Assembly: GCA_021815205.1 (NCBI GenBank)
Contig: JAKAHD010000002.1
Coordinates: 45,538 to 109,537 of the forward strand
Length of the DNA: 64,000 nucleotides
Direction of reading: 5' to 3'
DNA from: a bacterium
Lineage (GTDB): Bacteria; Patescibacteriota; Minisyncoccia; UBA6257; GWB1-50-10
Both the position numbers and the translations under genes were made by a program. The number at the start of each line of letters is the position of its first letter. Within the stretch, counting starts at the first letter, position 1. The notes beneath the pieces were generated by a model. The model was not told the origin of the DNA. It saw only the letters and a list, made by a program, of their open reading frames with translations, and made no database searches. Positions 39,635 through 48,319 of this stretch are shown here, in pieces.

Positions 39635-42113
39635 TCAGGACGCGGCACAGTTTCAGGGACTTTCCTCGGAAGAGGCCGCGCGGCGCCTTGCTCGGTTCGG
39701 GGAGAATGTGATCGTACGAAGGAAAAGATTCAGGCCCCTTGTCGCGTTTTTCAAAAAACTCGGAAGTCCGCTTCTCCTGCTCTTAATCGGCGCCGCCGCC
39801 GTCTCTTTCTTTGTCGGCGAACGCACCAATGCCATCATCATTCTGGTGATGGTGTTTGTTTCCGGGGTCCTCGATTTTGTGAACAGCTACAAGTCGGAGA
39901 AAGCGGTTGCGAAGCTTCTCGAAACAATTACGACGACGGCAACGGTATTGCGGGACGGAGTAAGGCGTGAGATTGACTTGCGGGAGATCGTGCCGGGGGA
40001 TATTGTGTTTCTCTCCGCGGGCGACGTGATTCCAGCGGATAGCGAGCTCCTCGAGGCGCGCGATTGCTTCGTACATCAGGCAGCTTTAACAGGCGAGTCG
40101 TTTCCCGCGGCAAAGTATGCCGTTTCGGAACACGGAGTGAACGGAACGGTTCCGACCGAGAAACAAAATCTTGTCTTCATGGGTACGAGCGTTGTGACCG
40201 GCTACGCGGTGGCCCGCGTGATACAGACGGGACCTTCGACCGAGTTCGGAAAAATCGCCGCGCGCATGACGGCCGAATCCCTTCCAACCGATTTCGAACA
40301 GGGAATAAAAAGGTTCAGCGTGTTTATTATGCGCCTCACGTGTGTAATGGTTGCGTTCGTATTCGTCGCGAACGCGCTCCTCGGGCACGGTATCTTCGAT
40401 TCGTTCGTGTTTGCAATCGCGATCGCAATCGGCCTTACTCCAGAGCTTCTGCCGATCGTTATGTCAGTTTCGTTGAGCAGAGGATCGCTCGAGATGGCGA
40501 AGAAGCACGTGGTGGTGAAGAACCTCTCCTCGATCGAGAGTTTCGGAAGTATGAACGTGCTCTGCACCGACAAGACGGGAACCTTGACCGAGGACAGGAT
40601 CACGCTCGTGAAATACACGGACTGTTTTGGCAGAACGGCCGACGACGTATTCCTTTCGGCGTACATAAGCAGCGCCTTCCATACGGGCGTGAAGAGCCCG
40701 CTCGATAAGGCGATCAGGGAGCACAAGCAGATTGAACTCGGGGTATATGAGAAGATTGACGAAGTGCCGTTCGATTTCGATCGAAAACGGGATTCGATTA
40801 TATTCAAACATGAGGGTACGTGCACGCTCATCACGAAGGGGGCGCCCGAAGATATTTTCTCAATCGTTACGAAATATGCGGCAGGCGGCGCGGTAAAAAA
40901 ATGGGATGACGCCGCGAGACGAACGGCGGCGGCCCAGTTCGACGGGTTCAGCAAGGAAGGATTCCGAGTGCTTGCCGTATCCCTGAAGGAGATCGGAGAG
41001 AAGAAAGAGTACGTGAAAGAAGACGAGAGGGAGATGACATTTCTCGGTTTTATGGCGTTCTATGATCCCCCAAAAGCGACCGCATCTTCCGCGATCAAGG
41101 ACTTGAAAGAGCTTGGTATCACCGTGAAGATTCTTACGGGAGACAGCGAACTCCTCACCGAGAAGATCTGCCGCGATATCGGGCTTCCGATCGAGGGAAC
41201 GCTTACGGGGGCGGAAATAGCCGCGCTCGACGACGAGGCGCTTCTCGCGCGCTCGAAGAAGACGACCATTTTCGCGAGAATCACCCCCGAAGAGAAAGAG
41301 CGGATCATTGTAACGCTCAAGAAAGCGGGATATGCCGTAGGGTACTTAGGCGACGGCATTAACGATGCGCCGGCCCTCACGGCCGCCGATGTGGGGCTCT
41401 CGGTCAATAATGCCGTGGATGTTGCGAAGGAGACCGCCGACATCATTCTTCTCGAAAAAAGCCTGCGCGTCTTGCACGACGGCGTGAGAGAGGGAAGAAA
41501 AACGTTCGCAAATACCATGAAGTACATCATGATGGGATTGAGTTCGAACTTCGGGAACATGTTTTCAATGATGGGCGCCTCGCTCGTGCTCCCGTTTCTT
41601 CCGATGCTGCCGCCGCAGATACTTTTAAATAACTTCCTCTACGATACTTCCCAGCTTACGCTTGCGACCGACTCGGTGGATCAAAAACTTCTCGAAAAGC
41701 CGCCCAAGTGGGATATTGCGTTCGTTAAAAAATTCATGGTGATTTTCGGCCCCGTGAGCTCAATCTTCGATTTTCTGACGTTCGGGCTCCTGCTGCTCGT
41801 GTTCCGTCTGCCGGAGGCGCAGTTTCAAACCGGGTGGTTTATCGAATCGCTCGCGACACAGGTGTTCGTGATCTATGTAATCCGCACGCGGTTTATCCCC
41901 TTCCTTGAAAGCAGGCCGAGTAAACCGCTCTTCTGGAATACATTCTTGATTGTGGTTCTCGGGTGGCTCATTCCCTTTCTTGGTTTCGGACTTTTCTTTT
42001 CGTTTGCACCGCTCTCGCTTCCGGTACTCCTCGGTATCGCGGGAATCGTGCTTGCATATCTCATCGTCACGGAATTGGTGAAGCGCCTCTTTTTTGCTAG
42101 AATGCTTACATGA
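39624..42113 (+). CDS. mgtA: Magnesium-translocating P-type ATPase
   Basis: LTGES, TPE.LP, DKTGTLT, GDGINDAPAL, SSNFGN.FS, FQTGWF.ES. Confidence 0.93.
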   Translation: MRHSQDAAQFQGLSSEEAARRLARFGENVIVRRKRFRPLVAFFKKLGSPLLLLLIGAAAVSFFVGERTNAIIILVMVFVSGVLDFVNSYKSEKAVAKLLETITTTATVLRDGVRREIDLREIVPGDIVFLSAGDVIPADSELLEARDCFVHQAALTGESFPAAKYAVSEHGVNGTVPTEKQNLVFMGTSVVTGYAVARVIQTGPSTEFGKIAARMTAESLPTDFEQGIKRFSVFIMRLTCVMVAFVFVANALLGHGIFDSFVFAIAIAIGLTPELLPIVMSVSLSRGSLEMAKKHVVVKNLSSIESFGSMNVLCTDKTGTLTEDRITLVKYTDCFGRTADDVFLSAYISSAFHTGVKSPLDKAIREHKQIELGVYEKIDEVPFDFDRKRDSIIFKHEGTCTLITKGAPEDIFSIVTKYAAGGAVKKWDDAARRTAAAQFDGFSKEGFRVLAVSLKEIGEKKEYVKEDEREMTFLGFMAFYDPPKATASSAIKDLKELGITVKILTGDSELLTEKICRDIGLPIEGTLTGAEIAALDDEALLARSKKTTIFARITPEEKERIIVTLKKAGYAVGYLGDGINDAPALTAADVGLSVNNAVDVAKETADIILLEKSLRVLHDGVREGRKTFANTMKYIMMGLSSNFGNMFSMMGASLVLPFLPMLPPQILLNNFLYDTSQLTLATDSVDQKLLEKPPKWDIAFVKKFMVIFGPVSSIFDFLTFGLLLLVFRLPEAQFQTGWFIESLATQVFVIYVIRTRFIPFLESRPSKPLFWNTFLIVVLGWLIPFLGFGLFFSFAPLSLPVLLGIAGIVLAYLIVTELVKRLFFARMLT

Positions 42114-42439
42114 CCTTTGGTGAGTACCAGGAATTTTGCAAAAAGACGGCCGTCTATCCTGAACGCGGGAAGAACCTTGTCTATCCAACGCTCGGTCTCG
42201 TAGGAGAAGCCGGGGAAGTGGCGGAAAAGGTGAAGAAGCTCATCCGCGACAGAGGGAACGTGCTTGATGAGACGACGAAGAAGGAGATTGCAAAAGAGGT
42301 GGGTGACGTGATCTGGTATGTCTGTATGTGTGCGGTAGAGCTGGGTTTTTCGTTCGAAGAAGTGGTTCAGATGAATCTCGAAAAGCTCCGCTCACGCCTT
42401 GCACGAGAGAAGCTCCACGGCGACGGGGACAATCGTTAG
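42110..42439 (+). CDS. MazG-like nucleoside triphosphate pyrophosphohydrolase
   Basis: LGL.GEAGEV.EK.KK, E.GDV.WY, N..KL..R....G.GDNR. Confidence 0.9.
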   Translation: MTFGEYQEFCKKTAVYPERGKNLVYPTLGLVGEAGEVAEKVKKLIRDRGNVLDETTKKEIAKEVGDVIWYVCMCAVELGFSFEEVVQMNLEKLRSRLAREKLHGDGDNR

Positions 42440-42447
42440 CGTTTTTC

Positions 42448-42798
42448 ATGAATATCTCGTTTAACCAGTTTAAAGAATTGGATTTAAGGATCGCGAAGAT
42501 TCTTGAGGCGTCGCGGGTCGAAGGATCGGAGAAGCTCGTGAAACTTCTCATTGATATGGGCGGTGAAAAGCGTGAGCTCGTTGCGGGAATAGGCAAGGCA
42601 TACGATCCGGACGTGCTCGTGGGGAGGGAGATTGCGGTTGTTGCGAATCTTGAGTCGAAAATCTTCACCCTTCGACTCAGCTCAGGGCAAGTGGCGCTCG
42701 AAAGCCAGGGGATGCTTCTTGCGGCACACGGTGCGCAGGGTGAACCCGTACTCCTTGTGCCCGAGAGAGAAGTGCCGCCGGGAAGCACAATCACGTAG
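42448..42798 (+). CDS. tRNA-binding OB-fold protein (MetRS C-terminal/CsaA-like) carrying an 8-aa insertion
   Basis: F..LDLR..KI, EKL.KL.ID.G.E.R..VAGI, V.NL, ESQGMLLAA. Confidence 0.9.
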   Translation: MNISFNQFKELDLRIAKILEASRVEGSEKLVKLLIDMGGEKRELVAGIGKAYDPDVLVGREIAVVANLESKIFTLRLSSGQVALESQGMLLAAHGAQGEPVLLVPEREVPPGSTIT

Positions 42799-42801
42799 CA
42801 A

Positions 42802-42925
42802 AATTTTTAATTTGAAATTTACAATTTTCAATCAAATTCTAATTTTATAATGCGTTAATGTTTAAATATTATAACATTATTGCATTTAAAATTGATTAAA
42901 AATTAAGAACTAAAAATTAAAAATT
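42802..42925. repeat. AT-rich intergenic foldback element
   Basis: AATTTTTAATTT..AATTTTCAATCAA ... TTGATTAAAAATT..AAATTAAAAATT. Confidence 0.75.
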
Positions 42926-42935
42926 CTTATTGCTT

Positions 42936-43787
42936 ATGTCTCGTCCCAAAATCGGTGCGCACGTATCAGCCGCGGGCGGGCTCTGGACGGCATTCGACCG
43001 GGCCAAAGAAATCGGCGCCGAGTGCATGCAAATATTCGGTTCGACGCCGCGTTCATGGAGCGTGAAACTCCCGACCGCACAGGAAGCGGATGCGTTCAAA
43101 AAAGCGGGGAAGCGTGCTGGCATCGGCCCCGTGTATCTCCATGCGCCGTACCTTGTGAATCTCGGGAGCGGAGAGGCGCGTATCCACGGCGCCTCGGAAT
43201 CGGCGCTTGCAGGGCACTGTAAAATCGCTGAGATGCTCGGCGCGGAAGGCACCATTTTTCATATCGGTTCCGCGAAGGGAACGACAAAAACGAAAGCAAT
43301 CGCGGCGATCGCCGCTTCGCTTACGGCGATTTTGAAAAAGGTTCCCGGGAGAAGTTTTATCGTGCTTGAGAATGCGGCGGGCGGGGGAGACAAGATCGGG
43401 GCGACGCCCGAGGAGATTGCCGTGATTCTCCGGAAGGTAAAAAGCAATCGGCTCAAAGTGTGTTTTGATACGGCGCACGCCTTCGAGGCGGGGATCATAA
43501 GAGATTACGAACCGAACACAATAAAGGAACTGTTTGACGCGTGGGACGATGCGCTCGGTATCAATCGGATCGTCGCGTTGCATGTGAATGATTCGAAGAC
43601 CGAATATAACTCGCATAACGACCGGCATGGAAATATCGGCGAAGGGTATATCGGGCTCAAGGGATTCAAGGCGCTCGCGAAGGAGAAGCGGCTTTGGGAC
43701 AAGGCGTGGCTCCTTGAGGTGCCCGGGACGGATCATAAGGGGCCGGACAAGGCGAATGTGGATCGCCTGAAATCATGCTTTGGTTAA
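42936..43787 (+). CDS. nfo: Endonuclease IV
   Basis: IGAHVS.AGG, HAPYL.NL.S, H.GS, EN.AG, DT.H.F, H.NDSK, DRH..IG.G. Confidence 0.96.
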   Translation: MSRPKIGAHVSAAGGLWTAFDRAKEIGAECMQIFGSTPRSWSVKLPTAQEADAFKKAGKRAGIGPVYLHAPYLVNLGSGEARIHGASESALAGHCKIAEMLGAEGTIFHIGSAKGTTKTKAIAAIAASLTAILKKVPGRSFIVLENAAGGGDKIGATPEEIAVILRKVKSNRLKVCFDTAHAFEAGIIRDYEPNTIKELFDAWDDALGINRIVALHVNDSKTEYNSHNDRHGNIGEGYIGLKGFKALAKEKRLWDKAWLLEVPGTDHKGPDKANVDRLKSCFG

Positions 43788-43926
43788 TGTCTGCGGCCTC
43801 CCTCTTTTCACTCGGGCGCTCCGGGGCGCTAGCCCAAGTCTTACCCTCGCTCAGAGAGGGACGCCGCAGACGCTACAAGGACTTCGCATATTTTGGCGAT
43901 TTGTGGGAGAATAAGGGGAGAGGAAT

Positions 43927-44145
43927 ATGCGTATATTAGTAACGGTAAAACCGAGGGCGCGCAAAAAAGAAGTGGTGAAAATTGATAGAACTCATTACGA
44001 GGTGTGGGTTACCGTGCCGCCCGAAGGGGGAAAAGCGAACGCGGCGGTACGCGATGTGCTCGCGGAATTTTTGGAGGTGCCGAAATCACGTCTCGTGCTT
44101 TCGTCCGGCGAAACGTCGAGAGAAAAAACATTTGAGATACTGTGA
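43927..44145 (+). CDS. DUF167 (UPF0235) protein
   Basis: V.VKP.A, PP..GKAN.A....LA.....PKS, GE.SR.K. Confidence 0.9.
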   Translation: MRILVTVKPRARKKEVVKIDRTHYEVWVTVPPEGGKANAAVRDVLAEFLEVPKSRLVLSSGETSREKTFEIL

Positions 44146-44441
44146 GCTTCAGGGAAAAAGTACTCCGCGCGGTGAAGCGGATTCCGAAGGGAAGCACCGC
44201 GAGTTACAAGGAAGTAGCGGAGGCGGCAGGGTGCCCTGGCGCCTACCGCGCCGTGGGGACAATTATGAAACATAACACCGATCCGAGCGTGCCGTGCCAC
44301 AGAGTAATCCGGTCCGATGGGTCGCTTGGCGGGTACAACGGGATACGGGGAAAGAAAGAAGCGTTACTCCGAGAAGAAAGGCGCCCCCGTGCGAGGTTGA
44401 ACCTCGCACGGGTAGAAATCTCTCCTCGAGGAGGAGTTTGA
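44142..44441 (+). CDS. ogt: Single-domain O6-alkylguanine-DNA alkyltransferase (MGMT family)
   Basis: IP.G...SY..VA, RAVG, PCHRV, LGGY. Confidence 0.85.
   Translation: MSFREKVLRAVKRIPKGSTASYKEVAEAAGCPGAYRAVGTIMKHNTDPSVPCHRVIRSDGSLGGYNGIRGKKEALLREERRPRARLNLARVEISPRGGV
44386..44412. repeat. 27-bp palindrome, GAGGTTNAACCTC family
   Basis: CCCGTGCGAGGTT-G-AACCTCGCACGGG. Confidence 0.8.
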
Positions 44442-44453
44442 TAAAATAAGGAG

Positions 44454-44794
44454 ATGGGATTGAAGATCAGGGATTTTTCCGCATCGGTTATCAGAAAAAT
44501 TTTCGGGCTTCTCGAATTTTTCCTTTTCTTAAGAGTAGTGCTTGAGTTTTTAAATGCGAATCCCGCCGCGGTCGTGGCGGATTATTTTTACCCCCACACT
44601 GAGCGTAAGCCCATAGTGTGGGGGTTTATCGGATCACCGGTTTTTTCACATCCCCGTTCAATTCCATTTTTCCTTCTGCCCAATTATGGGGGCATGTGAT
44701 CGACATTGTGACGATATCCGCCATTATCGCGTACTGGATCGCATTCGAGATTATTATGAAATTCCTGACGTCAAAGAAAATCTACTACTCATAA
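44454..44794 (+). pseudogene. YggT-family membrane protein frameshifted by a 38-bp insertion
   Basis: Removing 44591-44628 restores ..FLRVVLEFLNANP..ADYFYRITGFFTSPFNSIFP..IDIVTISAIIAY..*. Confidence 0.8.
44591..44624. mobile_element. 34-bp CCCCCACAC..GTGTGGGGG mini-element with TTTA target duplication
   Basis: TTTA at 44587-44590 and 44625-44628. Confidence 0.85.
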
Positions 44795-44899
44795 GGCTGG
44801 AACGGAAGAAGATCTCAAGAAAATACGGGAGAAACAAATCCGAGTAGAGGTGGAATCTATATTTACGACACCTCCTCTTTATGGCATTATGTAGTATAT

Positions 44900-44983
44900 G
44901 CTCAGGTGTCGGAACTGGTAGACGATCACGACTCAAAATCGTGTGGCCGTAAGGCCGTGAGGGTTCAAGTCCCTCCCTGAGCA
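44900..44983 (+). tRNA. tRNA-Leu(CAA)
   Basis: Acceptor GCTCAGG/CCTGAGC, anticodon arm CACGA-CTCAAAA-TCGTG, long variable arm, GGTTCAAGTCC; CCA not encoded. Confidence 0.95.
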
Positions 44984-44985
44984 CA

Positions 44986-45598
44986 ATGGGAGTACGAACA
45001 TCATTTCATCGAGCGTCTAGTGCGGATACTTTAGAAAATAAAGAAAATCTTTCTTATGTCATTGGTGTAGCCATTGGTGATGGTAATCTCTCAAATCCAA
45101 ACGGAAGGACAGTGCGCTTAAGGGTAACTTGCGCCACTCAATACCCGAATCTTATCAGGCAAATAAAGAAATCTATAGAGAAAGTATTCCCGCATAATAA
45201 AGTATCCCTCGTGAAAAGAAAGGAGACATATTTGGATGTCAGCTGTTATTCCAATAAATGGGAGAGTATTCTTGGATGGAGAGCGTCTGGCGGTTCGAAA
45301 TACAAACAAAGCGTTTCTGTTCCCCAATGGATAAAAGAAAATAAAAGATATTCCATGAAATGCCTGCAAGGACTGTTAGTGACCGATGGCTCCTTATATC
45401 TTGATAGAGGGTATAGAATGATTAATTTTACGACTGTGATTCCACGGCTTGCGCAAGACGTGAGAGAAATGATTGTTAATTTATGGTTCAGCTCAAGAAT
45501 CTACAGATTAAAAACAAAAGGAAAAGATAAGTATGTTATTAAGAATAGCAACTAATGTGGATAATTTCATAAAAACGGTCGGTTTCAAAAAGGATTAA
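44986..45598 (+). CDS. Free-standing two-motif LAGLIDADG endonuclease-like protein (stop at 45555; probable frameshifted tail to 45598)
   Basis: LSYVIGVAIGDGNL and CLQGLLVTDGSL; AT-rich relative to flanking genes. Confidence 0.8.
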
Positions 45599-45607
45599 GT
45601 TTGGCTT

Positions 45608-46549
45608 ATGGCTCGCGTCATAGCAGTATGCAATCAAAAAGGGGGCGTCGGGAAAACCACAACCGCAATGAATCTTGCGGCATATCTCGCAATATATGGG
45701 AGACGGGTGCTCCTTATTGATTTCGACCCGCAGTTCAATGCGACGTCCGGATTGGGCGTGACCTACGCGCCGGACGAGACGATCTACCACGCACTCCTCG
45801 GGGGACAGGCGCACGAGCGGGTGATCAAGCGCACCTATCTCGCAAATCTCGAGCTTACGCCCGCGTCTCCGGATCTCGCGGGGGCCTTGGTGGAGCTTGT
45901 GAATCTTCCCGAGAGGGAATGGTATCTGCATCGCTTTGTGAAAAAGGTGGGGGATTGGTATGATTTTGTGCTCATAGATCTCGGGCCAAGTTTAAACCTT
46001 CTCACCGTGAACGGGCTTCTCGCCGCGGATGAAGTCTTAATCCCTGTGCAGTGCGAATACTACAGTTTGGAAGGATTGTCCCAGCTCTTGGAGAGCATCG
46101 AGCTCATCAAGAATAATCTGGGGCACGAGATTCGTTCGGTGAGCGCCCTTATCACCATGTACGACAAACGGGAAAAACTTTCGCGCGAGATTGCGCGCGA
46201 AGTGCGCCGCCGTTTTCCGTACAAGGTGTATGAGGCGGAGATACCGCGATCGGTGAGTCTCGCCGAAGCGCCGAGTTACAAAAAACCGATCATGCTCTAC
46301 GCGCCGCAGAGCCCCGGCGCGATCGCGTACGAGGCGCTTGCGCAGGAGATTCTCGGGATGGTCGAGGAACGCGTGATGGGTACGCATCCTCCCATGCGCC
46401 CGGTCGAGAAAAAACTCGCCTCGATGCAAAAAGAAGCGTCTCGGATAGTGGAATCCGCGATGCAAGAAGAAGCCGCGCGCGCCGATTTCGAAGCACCCCC
46501 CTTTGAACTTCCCCTGGACGCCCCGTATCCCTTTGACATCTTGCGATAA
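45608..46549 (+). CDS. parA: ParA/Soj ATPase
   Basis: NQKGGVGKTTT, ID.DPQ.NATSGLG, PVQCEYY.LEGL, IPRSV.LAEAPS. Confidence 0.96.
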   Translation: MARVIAVCNQKGGVGKTTTAMNLAAYLAIYGRRVLLIDFDPQFNATSGLGVTYAPDETIYHALLGGQAHERVIKRTYLANLELTPASPDLAGALVELVNLPEREWYLHRFVKKVGDWYDFVLIDLGPSLNLLTVNGLLAADEVLIPVQCEYYSLEGLSQLLESIELIKNNLGHEIRSVSALITMYDKREKLSREIAREVRRRFPYKVYEAEIPRSVSLAEAPSYKKPIMLYAPQSPGAIAYEALAQEILGMVEERVMGTHPPMRPVEKKLASMQKEASRIVESAMQEEAARADFEAPPFELPLDAPYPFDILR

Positions 46550-46577
46550 CTCCTTCTCGCTTATTTTTCCCGGATTG

Positions 46578-46628
46578 TATCGAAGTTCAACCTCGCTATT
46601 TTTAGGATAGTGAAGTTGAACTTCGATA
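46578..46628. repeat. Double GA(G/A)GTTNAAC(C/T)TC palindrome forming a long hairpin
   Basis: TATCGAAGTTCAAC..GTTGAACTTCGATA. Confidence 0.75.
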
Positions 46629-46985
46629 GGGTTTCCGGGTTCCGTATGTTTCATCAAACCTCGTGTTGACACGCGAGAGCGGAATGCTATCATTCTCTAC
46701 GGTTCGTGCCAATGTGAGGAGGTCTTGTCGTGTTCGAATTCGCACACGGCCGTTGCGGAGGAGGGTGCGACAGGCATTCGATCATTTGTATTGAGCTAAC
46801 GTATACGTTTCACTAAGACAGAGGATCATACTACGATCTCCGAAACGGTGTACCAAGTACTTCATATTTCGAGTTGCTCTTTGTTTATTTTTTATTGACA
46901 TTGTCCTCGAGATTTCTTTTGAAGGAACGGAATATCGTCGAAGGAGGCCTTGGTGTGCCTCTGTTTTAGTTTGTTCTCTTAGATT

Positions 46986-47282
46986 ACCGCTGATTGCGAG
47001 CTGATTTTCGCGGATATGGCATCTGCGGCAATCAGCTTCACCCCGTTAGAAGTTGCGCAGAAATAATGATGCGTCTTCTTCTATGATGCGATTATCATAA
47101 ATCCCGTGAGAAGCTCACATGGGGTAGTAAACCCCGCGTTCGCCACGGGACGAGGCATTCACCCCCACACTAAATGAGTGTGGGGGTTCATCCCTGTGGC
47201 ACGCCCGGGGTTTTCTGCTTCTCACGGGATAAAGAACTGGGAGTGATCCCAATGTGAGACTTCTAACGGGGTAAAATCAGCG
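46986..47282. mobile_element. Nested stack of four small inverted-repeat elements
   Basis: GCTGAT foldback > CCCCGTTAGAAG/CTTCTAACGGGG (47041-47271) > TCCCGTGAGAAGC/GCTTCTCACGGGA (47102-47229) > CCCCCACAC/GTGTGGGGG (47162-47186). Confidence 0.8.
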
Positions 47283-47363
47283 AAATTTTGAACAACAAAA
47301 AGAATACGGGGCAACAACAATTATGAATACCAACAATCCTCCGCTATAATATATAATAATTAT

Positions 47364-48302
47364 ATGCCAGGACAGGGATTATCTTCTCTCATTCCGCAAA
47401 AAGGAAACGAGGAGCATACGCGCGGAGAAGAGAAGGCGCACCCCGAAGTATTGCCGCTCGTGAACGCGCACGAGCACGTGGCGCCGCCGCGCGAGAAGCG
47501 CGATCATCACGCGCACGAATCGGTGTTCCAAATAGAAACGGAGAAAATAAAACCGAATCCGTATCAGCCGCGGCACGAATTTGAGGAAGAAGGAATCGAG
47601 GAGCTCATGCAGTCGATCAGGGAGTTTGGCGTCATACAGCCGCTTATCGTTTCAAGTATCACCGAAGAAACGGAATCGGGAACGCGCGTCTCATACCAGC
47701 TCATTGCCGGGGAGCGGCGCCTTCGCGCCGCGAAGAAACTCGGGCTCGCCCAAGTGCCTGCAATCATAAGAGCGGTCAATGAGGGCCGTTCGAAGCTCGA
47801 GATGGCGCTTATTGAGAACATTCAACGAGAAGACTTGAACCCGCTCGAAGCGGCGAACGCCTACGTGCGGCTCGCGGATGAGTTCCAGCTTACCCAGCGG
47901 GAGATCGCCCGTAAGGTGGGGAAAAGCAGGGAGACGGTGGCGAATGCCATGCGGCTTCTGGGGCTTCCGGCGCATATCCAAAGCGCGCTCCGCGAAAAAA
48001 AGATCAGCGAGTCGCAGGCGCGGACCCTGCTCGGCATAAATGATCGCGAGGCGCAGGAAAATGCGTTTCGGGATGCCCTCGAGAAAAAAACAAGTGTCCA
48101 TTCGCTTCGGATGAAGCGCCCTGCGGCCGAGTCCCCATCGGATTCGGAAACGGCATACTGGAAGAAGCGATTTGAGGAAACGCTCGGCATGCCCGTCGCG
48201 ATCGCGAAAAAGAACGGGAAAGGGAAGATCACGCTTTCTTTCTATTCCGAGGAAGAGTGGAACGCGCTCGTTGGCAAGCTTCTCGGCGAGATGAAAGAAT
48301 GA
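47364..48302 (+). CDS. parB: ParB/Spo0J partition protein
   Basis: PNPYQPR..F, G.IQP..V, IAGERR.RAA, ALIEN.QREDLNP.E.A. Confidence 0.96.
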   Translation: MPGQGLSSLIPQKGNEEHTRGEEKAHPEVLPLVNAHEHVAPPREKRDHHAHESVFQIETEKIKPNPYQPRHEFEEEGIEELMQSIREFGVIQPLIVSSITEETESGTRVSYQLIAGERRLRAAKKLGLAQVPAIIRAVNEGRSKLEMALIENIQREDLNPLEAANAYVRLADEFQLTQREIARKVGKSRETVANAMRLLGLPAHIQSALREKKISESQARTLLGINDREAQENAFRDALEKKTSVHSLRMKRPAAESPSDSETAYWKKRFEETLGMPVAIAKKNGKGKITLSFYSEEEWNALVGKLLGEMKE

Positions 48303-48319
48303 GGGTTCTGGAACCTGTT

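Noticed and set aside
44986-45555. Group I intron or intein hosting the LAGLIDADG ORF
   Set aside because: The tRNA upstream and parA downstream are both uninterrupted, and no intein terminal motifs are visible.
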